Source: an uncultured Candidatus Saccharibacteria bacterium (GTDB lineage: Bacteria; Patescibacteriota; Saccharimonadia; Saccharimonadales; JAGQNJ01). From it: a stretch of 64,000 bases of DNA. The notes beneath the pieces were generated by a model. The model was not told the origin of the DNA, did no database searches, and saw nothing but the letters and a program-made list of their open reading frames with translations. The translations under genes and the position numbers were made by a program. Every line of letters begins with the position of its first letter. Position 1 is the stretch's first letter. The stretch covers positions 86,234 through 150,233 of the forward strand of contig CAZBGZ010000003.1 of NCBI GenBank assembly GCA_964491925.1. The letters are read 5' to 3'. Positions 56,308 to 64,000 of this stretch are shown here, piece after piece.

Positions 56308-58977
56308 ATGGTAGAAACGGATAATTTTACATCTGATTGGTCACAATTGCTCGACGACATGCCAAATGAGCCGGGGGCTGTAATGTCGCCACAGTTACAA
56401 TCAGCAACCATCGGGTCAGTTAGTACGGGGGATTTACCTATTAGCTCCAGTTTTGCCTCCTCTAACAAAAAGAGCACTCCTAGTTTTGGTGGCTCTTCTA
56501 GTAACTCGAGCTCATCTAACAACAATAATAAAAAACGTTTTCCATGGTGGATGTTATTGGTTTTATTTTTGCTTTTCGGTAGCGCTGCAAGTGCTGCAAC
56601 AGGTTACAACCCCATCTATCGAGCATTAGAAGTTGTAGGTATAGAGGGCAATGACGGCAAAGACGGAGCTGATGGCTTGGATGGTATTAATGGGCAAGAC
56701 GGTAAAGTCGTAAAACAAACCACTATTATTGGGTCTAGTTCTTCAGCATCTGGATCTGGCAGCGGAGCAGATGGCGCGGACGGAGCAAGTGGTCAGGACG
56801 GCGCTGATGGAACAAATGGTGCAGACGGAGCAGATGGGTCCAACGCTTGTATTTCTGGACTTTGTGTTTCAAGGCAGGCCAGCACACCAGGAACTCAGGA
56901 AACGGGGAACATAAATATTGACGGCACAGTACTAGCCAGCCAAGTAGGGGTAAACGCATCACCAACCAATACGCTATCCGTTGGTGGAACAGCCAATATT
57001 GGTGGGCATTCAGCAACCGGTGGCGGCGCAACAGTCAACGGTATAACATCGGCTAGCGATGCCTTATCTGGCGCAACAGCTCACAACACTATTGCCGCTG
57101 TTTATGAGACAGTTACAACGTTGGATGAAGCTTCAACCATGTATGAGGGCCTTGGTGGTGTACTTAAACTCAACCCAAGCGCAGCACCGGTATACGGTCA
57201 GGCTACTGGAAATAATGGCGGGGTTGAAATTGTATCTGGTAATACCCAAAACTTTGGAGGCAATATTCAGGGCATGAACGGTAACTTTATACATGCTGGT
57301 ACTGGTACGGTAACTTCGGCAACTGCACTACAAGGTCCGTTTTTAAATACTTCGACTGGCAATGTGACGAATGGCTACGGCATACGTTCAATTGGTATCA
57401 ATTATAACCTCAGCGATACCTCTTGTGTAACTAACGAAACTTGTATGATATCAAATTACACTGGTGTAGATTCTACTTTTGCAATTAATCTAGGCACAAT
57501 AACAAACTACAAAGGAATCCAAATACAAACCCCTACAAATGCTGGCACCATTACCAACAACTGGGGACTTTATATTCAAGACCAATCTTCTGTCGGCTCA
57601 ACCACAAGCTACAACTTGTATTCAGCAGGCTCAACTGCCAAAAACTACTTTGCTGGATTAGTGGGGATAGGTGCAGATTCAACACCTGATGCTTCGTTGG
57701 AAGTTGTTAATGATGGTTCTGGCGACTCATTCTTAGTGGCGGACACCAATGATAGTGATGCATCACCGTTTGTGATCGATTCAACTGGCAAAGTTGGCAT
57801 TCGAACAGCCAGCCCAGGCACAAATAATTCTGTGTTAGAGGTAACGGGCAGCGCATATATTAGTGATTACGTCTATACATCTATGCTGAGAAGTGCTACC
57901 GAATCTAATTCAAAAATAGATTTATATGACTCAAGCGCCGGGATAGCATTTATAGCACAGAACAATACAAAGGATTTCCGTTGGGCAATTAACAGTGGCT
58001 CTGATTTGATGACACTAGATGGAGCTACCGGCAAGCTTGGTATAGGTACTGCTACTCCAGGGGCAATGCTAGAAGCGGTTGCCACATCGACGACTCCTGC
58101 TGTCTTGGGAACAGGTAGCGCTGGTACGGCCGGTGCAATTGGGGTAAAAGGCACAGCCTACTCCTATGGTGTTTACGGACAAGGATCAATAGTGGGTGTT
58201 TATGGTACTGGCGGTGGCGCATCCGGCTATGGCGTACATGGTCAATCAGGAGCAGCTGAAGGAACGGGGGTGTACGCTCAGGCTGGGAACAGGGGTAGTG
58301 AGGTAGGAATAAGCGCATTTGGCGGTAAATTTACTGGTTTGTTTGAGAACGGCTATGCTGATGAAACAGGCGGTGCAGTAGTCAAGATTCTTTCCAGTTA
58401 CTCAGGTAAAGTAAACCCCGCCCTACTTGTGCAGCAAGACGGAACTGCCGGTGTAACTATGCGCCTTACCGATACTACAGGTACTTGTGATTTCAACCCA
58501 GATTCTGGTTCTCTCGGAACCTCTTGCTCATCTGACGCTCGACTAAAAGCCAACATTACTGATGCAGCCAGTGTGCTTAGTGAAATAAATGGTCTTAAGA
58601 TACGAGATTATACAGTTCTAGCTAGTGGAAGTGAGACAACCGGTCTGATCGCTCAAGAAGTTCTTGAAACAAATCCAGAGATGGTGCATATGGGGGAGGA
58701 TGGCTACTACAAAGTAGATAGCTACAACCCCTGGAAAGTTCTTAAGGGGGTACAAGAATTAAGCTCCAACTTAGATGATTTACAGACTTCATTTACGACC
58801 GCACTCGAGCAGACGAATGGTAACCTCGATGCGACCAACCAATCACTCGCGGATCTAGGATTACGCGTAGACGATCTTTCGACCACACTGCAAACATATG
58901 CCGACCAGTTAGCAGCCCATGATCAACGAATCCAAGCTCTAGAAGCTAAGGTTCAGTCGCTAGAGCAAGCTAACTAG
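56308..58977 (+). CDS. N-terminally membrane-anchored collagen-like / tail-fibre-like protein with a C-terminal S74 intramolecular chaperone domain
   Basis: TM helix FPWWMLLVLFLLFGSAASAA. G-x-y runs (GNDGKDGADGLDGINGQDGK; GADGADGASGQDGADGTNGADGADG). Long Gly/Thr/Ser-rich fibre region. SSDARLKANI...GLIAQEV..TNPEMV...YKVDY matches the Peptidase_S74 (endosialidase chaperone) signature. Terminal coiled coil. Confidence 0.75.
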   Translation: MVETDNFTSDWSQLLDDMPNEPGAVMSPQLQSATIGSVSTGDLPISSSFASSNKKSTPSFGGSSSNSSSSNNNNKKRFPWWMLLVLFLLFGSAASAATGYNPIYRALEVVGIEGNDGKDGADGLDGINGQDGKVVKQTTIIGSSSSASGSGSGADGADGASGQDGADGTNGADGADGSNACISGLCVSRQASTPGTQETGNINIDGTVLASQVGVNASPTNTLSVGGTANIGGHSATGGGATVNGITSASDALSGATAHNTIAAVYETVTTLDEASTMYEGLGGVLKLNPSAAPVYGQATGNNGGVEIVSGNTQNFGGNIQGMNGNFIHAGTGTVTSATALQGPFLNTSTGNVTNGYGIRSIGINYNLSDTSCVTNETCMISNYTGVDSTFAINLGTITNYKGIQIQTPTNAGTITNNWGLYIQDQSSVGSTTSYNLYSAGSTAKNYFAGLVGIGADSTPDASLEVVNDGSGDSFLVADTNDSDASPFVIDSTGKVGIRTASPGTNNSVLEVTGSAYISDYVYTSMLRSATESNSKIDLYDSSAGIAFIAQNNTKDFRWAINSGSDLMTLDGATGKLGIGTATPGAMLEAVATSTTPAVLGTGSAGTAGAIGVKGTAYSYGVYGQGSIVGVYGTGGGASGYGVHGQSGAAEGTGVYAQAGNRGSEVGISAFGGKFTGLFENGYADETGGAVVKILSSYSGKVNPALLVQQDGTAGVTMRLTDTTGTCDFNPDSGSLGTSCSSDARLKANITDAASVLSEINGLKIRDYTVLASGSETTGLIAQEVLETNPEMVHMGEDGYYKVDSYNPWKVLKGVQELSSNLDDLQTSFTTALEQTNGNLDATNQSLADLGLRVDDLSTTLQTYADQLAAHDQRIQALEAKVQSLEQAN

Positions 58978-59040
58978 ATTTAATTTAGTGGTTTTATTAT
59001 TGTTTGGTAGAATTATTATAAGAGGAGAATGAAATAATAT

Positions 59041-59562
59041 ATGGATGATTTTAAGCGTGTAGACGTAACAACTAACCCCACACCGAAGGGGGGGGCAAGT
59101 ACTGACAAGAAAACAAAAACTACAAAGAAAAAACGCCGATTTATACCAAAAATTAGCACAATAATAATAGTACTTCTTTTGCTGGCGCTAGCGGGTGGCG
59201 GTTACTATTTCTATAATAAATATAGCGAGACTAAACAAGAGGTAGAAAAGCTTTCTACTGTCCAGGGCCAACAAGAACTCAACAAAACCCAGATTAACCA
59301 GCTGCTAGGAGAAATGCGAAGCATTATTGTTCTCCCGAGTGGCGAGGATCCAGTAGTAGCGACTATTACAGATGTTACAAAATTAAACAAAAACGAATTC
59401 TATAAGGACGCCAAGAACGGTGACAGGGTAGTGGTATTTGCAAATGCAGAAAAAGCGTATATTTATCGTCCTGATACAAAGACTATCGTTAATGTTGGTG
59501 CATTTAAAATAGACAAAACAAAGCAGCAACAAAGTACGGACCAATCAGAAGCTGCACAGTAG
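59041..59562 (+). CDS. Membrane-anchored protein, hypothetical
   Basis: SD aggagaa. Lys-rich N-terminus, one TM helix, and a ~100-aa extracytoplasmic domain. Confidence 0.5.
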   Translation: MDDFKRVDVTTNPTPKGGASTDKKTKTTKKKRRFIPKISTIIIVLLLLALAGGGYYFYNKYSETKQEVEKLSTVQGQQELNKTQINQLLGEMRSIIVLPSGEDPVVATITDVTKLNKNEFYKDAKNGDRVVVFANAEKAYIYRPDTKTIVNVGAFKIDKTKQQQSTDQSEAAQ

Positions 59563-59612
59563 TCTTGGCTAATAACTAGCCGAACAGTTACCTGGTGACG
59601 TACAATATACAC

Positions 59613-61409
59613 ATGAGACGTTTCTTGATAGCAGGCTCGTGCCTGACTCTAATAGCAACAATTGTAGCAGGCGTGCGTCCTAGAGTAGCTGCTGCTCAGA
59701 GTGTTAATAACTTTAGTATCAACTCCTTCACGGCTGACTACTACCTCAGTAAATCTGATAAAAACGTAGCAGAGATGCGTGTTGTTGAGCATATTGTGGC
59801 TGACTTTCCACAATATAATCAAAATCACGGAATCTTGCGTGCAATACCAAAAACTTATAAGAAAAATAGCCTAGGCTTGCAACTAGAAAGCGTAACTGAT
59901 GGTAACAAAAAACCGTATGAGTTTACTACTAGTGATAGCGGGGGCAACAAAGTATTAAAAATCGGCAGTGCCAATAGCTATGTTCATGGAGAGACTGAAT
60001 ACAACATAAGCTACAGCGTCAAGAATGTGGTTTCTTTTTATGATGATCACGATGAACTATACTGGGACGTAAATGGGGATCAGTGGTCACAAAATTTCGG
60101 AACGGTAACCGCCAGGATTCATATCCCAGAATCACTTTTGAATAGTATCAACAAAGATCCGATATGTTTTACTGGAATATACGGCAGCAAAGATAAGAAT
60201 TGCACAATTTCCAAGCAAGAAATTGAACAAACAGAGGATACTATTTATGAGATAAAAGGAAAAAACCTAAAGCCCTACGAAAATTTGAGTTTTGTAATAG
60301 GATTCAACAAAGGAGTATTTGAGCCGGATAGGACCGCAGCGCTTGTCGCAATGTTATTGGTGTTTGTCGCGGCATCAGGTGTGCTTTTGCCCCCCATAAT
60401 CACTCTGATAGTTGTGACATTAAAATGGCGCAAGCGAGGCAGAGATCCTAAAGGGAGGGGTGTAATAATCCCGCAATATTCTCCTCCAAAAGGCATGCAC
60501 GCAACACTAGCAGATGTAATTATTAACGAGCATATGAATACAAAAGCTGTTAGCGCTACGGTTGTAGAATTGGCCGTCACGGGTTATTTAGTAATAAGCG
60601 AGTCAGTCCAAAAGAAAATACTGAAGGATAAAACCGAGTACGAACTAGAACTAATAAAAGCCGCAGATGATTTAACTCTTGAGCAGAAAAGAGTTGTTGA
60701 AATGTTTTTTGGAGCACGGAGCCCTATTGGATCAAAAACTAAGCTTAGCGATCTGGCGAAAAATATCTATACAGACGTCCAGGTTTTAGCAAAAATGCAA
60801 ACAAAATCAGCGGCTGATCAAGGATATTTTGCGGTGGACCCAAGCATAGCTGGAAAGTCTTTTACAGCGGTAGGTGTTGTGTTCGTTGCTCTTGGCTTCG
60901 GGCTGCTGTTCACTGGGCTAGGGACACTACTCGGTGTTGGTCTATTGATCTCTTCGGCCATCATTTTTATTGGTGCTAGTAAAATGCCAGCACGAACGCC
61001 GTTAGGCGTAGAAACACGAGACTATCTTTTTGGTATGCGTGATTACATGAAAATGGCTGAAGCAGATCGAATAAAATACTTACAGAGCGTAAAAGGATCA
61101 GAACGCATTGGTAGCGGCAAAAATGCAAAAATAAAACTTTTTGAAAAGCTACTACCTTATGCAATGTTATTTGGCATAGAAAAAAGTTGGGCGGCAGAGT
61201 TCAAGGACATATATGACAAGCCACCGGAATGGTATCAAGGCAACTGGAGCACATTTAATACTGTTTATTTAGCGAATTCATTAGGTAGCTTCAACAGCGC
61301 TAGTTCCACCCAATTTTCTCCGCCAAGTAGTTCGGGGTCGAGTGGCTTTTCTGGGGGTGGTGGTTTTTCTGGTGGTGGCGGTGGTGGCGGTGGTGGCGGT
61401 GGCTGGTGA
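59613..61409 (+). CDS. DUF2207 family membrane protein with a poly-Gly C-terminus
   Basis: Start at ATG 59613 (MRRFLIAGS..). Secreted N-domain, 3 TM helices, and C-terminal SSGSSGFSGGGGFSGGGGGGGGGGGW as I recall for DUF2207. Confidence 0.6.
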   Translation: MRRFLIAGSCLTLIATIVAGVRPRVAAAQSVNNFSINSFTADYYLSKSDKNVAEMRVVEHIVADFPQYNQNHGILRAIPKTYKKNSLGLQLESVTDGNKKPYEFTTSDSGGNKVLKIGSANSYVHGETEYNISYSVKNVVSFYDDHDELYWDVNGDQWSQNFGTVTARIHIPESLLNSINKDPICFTGIYGSKDKNCTISKQEIEQTEDTIYEIKGKNLKPYENLSFVIGFNKGVFEPDRTAALVAMLLVFVAASGVLLPPIITLIVVTLKWRKRGRDPKGRGVIIPQYSPPKGMHATLADVIINEHMNTKAVSATVVELAVTGYLVISESVQKKILKDKTEYELELIKAADDLTLEQKRVVEMFFGARSPIGSKTKLSDLAKNIYTDVQVLAKMQTKSAADQGYFAVDPSIAGKSFTAVGVVFVALGFGLLFTGLGTLLGVGLLISSAIIFIGASKMPARTPLGVETRDYLFGMRDYMKMAEADRIKYLQSVKGSERIGSGKNAKIKLFEKLLPYAMLFGIEKSWAAEFKDIYDKPPEWYQGNWSTFNTVYLANSLGSFNSASSTQFSPPSSSGSSGFSGGGGFSGGGGGGGGGGGW

Positions 61410-61421
61410 GCCTTTATTAAA

Positions 61422-61748
61422 TCAACCCTGCTGTTTTTTTAAATCTTGTTTATCTTGACGCCTCTGAATACGGTCGATTGCAGCCCGTTTTATCAAATAG
61501 TTAGCGGCTGCGGCGAAGATACCTATACCCACAATTACATAAACAGACGTGAACACCTTGCCGGCATTAGTTGTCGGTACGATGTCTCCATAGCCAATAG
61601 TTGTCAGGGTTATTACACAAAAATATACAGAATCAACCCAGTTTAGATGTTCAACCGCATGGTAGAATACTACCCCAACAGCCAGTACTGCTACTGCTAT
61701 CATGGCTATATATCGGATCCTGGGTGGTCGGATTTGTTTGTTTTCCAT
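61422..61748 (-). CDS. Minimal two-TM potassium channel
   Basis: Selectivity filter TTIGYGD between two TM helices. Only 108 aa, with no RCK or ligand domain. Confidence 0.8.
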   Translation of the reverse strand: MENKQIRPPRIRYIAMIAVAVLAVGVVFYHAVEHLNWVDSVYFCVITLTTIGYGDIVPTTNAGKVFTSVYVIVGIGIFAAAANYLIKRAAIDRIQRRQDKQDLKKQQG

Positions 61749-61800
61749 TGTAGCTATTGTAATACATAGTGCTCACTAAATGTTATACTAATATAAACTT

Positions 61801-62394
61801 ATGCAGTATTACGATAACTATGCTCAGCACAGACAAGAGACAGAACCCCAAACCACGGCTGCGCATGCTTCTCATAATAACGTTGCGATGTTACCAGCTG
61901 TATCAAGCAGGAATGAATACCTAAAGCTGGCTGGCGTATTTGCCATTATAGCTATTAGCGCTACAATCATGAGTACCGTGCTTGGTTTTGACCTCCAAAT
62001 ATGGCTAGAGTGGTTTATGGGTGGCTTTTTTGTGATATTCGGTAGTTTCAAGTTGATTGGTTACGAAATGTTCGTCACAACTTTTCCTCAGTATGATCCT
62101 ATAGGGAAAAAGTCACAAATATACACATACATTTACCCATTTATCGAATTATTTTTAGGGTTTCTGTATGTTGCTAATCTGTTATCTGGTTTTAGAGAAG
62201 TAGCAACGCTGGTTATCTTTAGTTTTGGTTCATACGGTGTGCTGAAGTATTTGGCAAAGAACCCAGAAGGCATACAGCGTGCATGCTTGGGCAATATAAT
62301 AAAGCTTCCCCTGTCAACAGTTGTACTAATAGAGGATGTGCTTATGGCCGGTCTCAGCGGTATAATGTTAATTACATACTTAATATTCAAGTAG
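61801..62394 (+). CDS. Four-TM membrane protein (possibly MauE/DoxX-like)
   Basis: 197-aa ORF with a polar N-terminus and four TM helices. The family guess is weak. Confidence 0.4.
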   Translation: MQYYDNYAQHRQETEPQTTAAHASHNNVAMLPAVSSRNEYLKLAGVFAIIAISATIMSTVLGFDLQIWLEWFMGGFFVIFGSFKLIGYEMFVTTFPQYDPIGKKSQIYTYIYPFIELFLGFLYVANLLSGFREVATLVIFSFGSYGVLKYLAKNPEGIQRACLGNIIKLPLSTVVLIEDVLMAGLSGIMLITYLIFK

Positions 62395-62413
62395 AAAAGG
62401 TCACTAGAGATAG

Positions 62414-62953
62414 ATGAAAAATATTCTTATAAAAATGTCTAGACGAAAGAGCTTAATGGTGCCCGTGGTTACTCTGCTGGCGATCAGTATTGGGATTAGT
62501 GGTTATTACATCCAGGACAAACAAATAGCAGCAAAGCAAGAACAAGAAAAAGCTGCCAATTTAGATCAAAGCGAAGCCCTAGAGACATTTGATACTTCCA
62601 AGCCAGAAAAAAAACAAATGCCAGTTGGGGATGATTCCCCTCACGAATCATCGACAATTATCACCGAAGAAGGTGAAGAAGCTACTGTAGTGCCGGTAAA
62701 AATTGAGATCGAAGAAGATGTTGAAACAAATGAGATTATTATAAAATCAGTAATTCAAACCAACCAGCCAGGCATATGCGCGGTATATCTAAAACAAGCG
62801 AATTATGGACCAGAGGATTCGGTAAAGGTCAGTTCTGGCAATTGCCAATCTAAACTCAAAAATCCAGGTCCTGGAACATGGGAAGCAAAAGTGTTGTTTA
62901 CTTCTGATGACGGAAAGACGCGTGGTGATGCGACGCAGTCCGTTGATCTCTAG
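62414..62953 (+). CDS. Membrane-anchored protein, hypothetical
   Basis: 179-aa ORF with an N-terminal TM helix, an acidic linker, and a small Cys-containing C-terminal domain. Confidence 0.45.
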   Translation: MKNILIKMSRRKSLMVPVVTLLAISIGISGYYIQDKQIAAKQEQEKAANLDQSEALETFDTSKPEKKQMPVGDDSPHESSTIITEEGEEATVVPVKIEIEEDVETNEIIIKSVIQTNQPGICAVYLKQANYGPEDSVKVSSGNCQSKLKNPGPGTWEAKVLFTSDDGKTRGDATQSVDL

Positions 62954-63744
62954 GCTATGTCTCTTCTCCGAAAAGCCACATAAGATATGACAGATGATAG
63001 AACAATAACGCCCAAAATAAATATTAAGTTGTTCCAGTTATATTTACCTTCTAAGATTTCGCTAGGGTGATAGTAATAAAAAGGCATCAGTTTGCTTGGC
63101 CATTTTAACCATGATGCCATACTAATGAGTGACGCAATTATGTATCCTCCTAGTGCAATTAGCGTAGCTATGCCTATGCTAGCTCCACGCATCTTACCGA
63201 TAGCAGTTAACATATAGGCGATTGCGCCGAAAGATAGCGCCAACAGGGTGCATACACCTACCGATAGTGAAATATTAGTACCGGAAATGGGCAAGTCGAC
63301 GATCTTTGCCAGTCCAACGGTGGTTGCAACAGCTACTAGCCCCGCACCACCGAGCAAAACAATGCCTACAATGGCTTTCCCCAGCAATAACTTTCCTCGA
63401 GAGATAGGACGTGACAAAAGCAACTCAATTGTCCCTTCCTTTTCCTCTCGGGCAATTAGTGAGCTTCCCAGAGAAATGGCAAAGATACCTAGTAGCATTG
63501 GTAGCATGAAATATAGAACCTGGCTACTCAAAAAACCAGTTGGTGACGCGAATTCTCCAGTATCAGAAAATAAAGCTTTTGCACTCTCAGGTATCTGAGA
63601 CAAGGATTGCTCTAGTTGGGCTTGTTGTTTCTTGAATGTCGGATAAAACGCCAGATTCAGGCTAATAAAAGACACAATAGCTAGCGCCCACCATGCAAAA
63701 AACCATTTTCGCTGCCATAGTCCCCATTTGATTATCCCAAACAT
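62950..63744 (-). CDS. ABC-2 type transporter permease
   Basis: 264 aa, six TM helices with a large first external loop. Directly downstream of an ABC ATPase gene. Confidence 0.6.
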   Translation of the reverse strand: MFGIIKWGLWQRKWFFAWWALAIVSFISLNLAFYPTFKKQQAQLEQSLSQIPESAKALFSDTGEFASPTGFLSSQVLYFMLPMLLGIFAISLGSSLIAREEKEGTIELLLSRPISRGKLLLGKAIVGIVLLGGAGLVAVATTVGLAKIVDLPISGTNISLSVGVCTLLALSFGAIAYMLTAIGKMRGASIGIATLIALGGYIIASLISMASWLKWPSKLMPFYYYHPSEILEGKYNWNNLIFILGVIVLSSVISYVAFRRRDIA

Positions 63745-64000
63745 CAGCGCGACTCCTTTGTTTTATAGAATCTCATAAACTCGTCCTCTAGGCTGAGTTC
63801 TTGTGTTGCCAGGCGTGTAACGTTATACTTTGCGATTTCTCTTAAAAATGGCCCGATGTTGCCATGAACATGTACCTGCAAGGTGTCTTCGTCAACCGGA
63901 ATAGATTGAACGCCCTTGATCATATTCAGCTCAGTACTTGGCAATTTGCCCTCAAAGTTAATGATAAAAGTATGCGCTGCTTCGGCGGTCAAGTCTGATA
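63744..64000 (-). CDS. ABC transporter ATP-binding protein, C-terminal part (5' end outside window)
   Basis: The frame is open to the window end. The sequence resembles the C-terminal accessory domain of ABC-2 ATPases, and the stop overlaps the permease start. Confidence 0.5.
   Translation of the reverse strand, partial: SDLTAEAAHTFIINFEGKLPSTELNMIKGVQSIPVDEDTLQVHVHGNIGPFLREIAKYNVTRLATQELSLEDEFMRFYKTKESR

Overview
The window is gene-dense and low in GC (judged by eye, not computed). Its gene content fits a small-genome, Gram-positive-type bacterium, and I infer a Saccharibacteria/CPR-like epibiont. That inference rests on peptidoglycan genes and sortase-type surface proteins being present while almost no biosynthesis genes are.

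Housekeeping genes I recognise:
- ligA, leuS, rpmF-nusB-Nudix-rnc, and rpsP-KH-trmD
- eno, gpmA and typA
- ddl, a MurF-like ligase and a class IV aminotransferase
- htpX, lemA, hsp20 and sodC

RNA genes and absences:
- There are four intact tRNAs: Cys-GCA, Leu-UAA, Ala-GGC and Gln-CUG.
- I saw no rRNA, CRISPR array, transposase or integrase.

Most unusual regions:
1. At 43.2-43.8 kb, pieces of tRNA-Gln surround the intact tRNA-Gln gene. They are interrupted at the D-loop and T-loop positions by three covarying copies of an ~88-nt three-hairpin module.
2. Next to it, at 40.7-43.1 kb, is a three-gene operon of unrecognised proteins. One has a proteasome-beta-like N-terminus, one has a HEPN-like RNxxxH motif, and one looks SGNH-like. 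It is a candidate defence or abortive-infection island.
3. A ~400-nt multi-helix non-coding element lies between rnc and rpsP (24.03-24.43 kb).
4. A 12-kb surface or adhesion gene cluster spans 49-61 kb. It includes LADTG-sorted proteins and a membrane-anchored collagen-like tail-fibre protein with an S74 chaperone domain.
5. A split ferric-reductase / FNR-like / ApbE operon spans 33.2-36.7 kb.

Smaller observations:
- A CIRCE-like operator sits in front of hsp20.
- An SDR gene is frameshifted.
- Many genes appear leaderless, with a -10 box 7-9 nt before the ATG.

All functional calls come from motifs read in the supplied translations and from memory of protein families. No searches were run.
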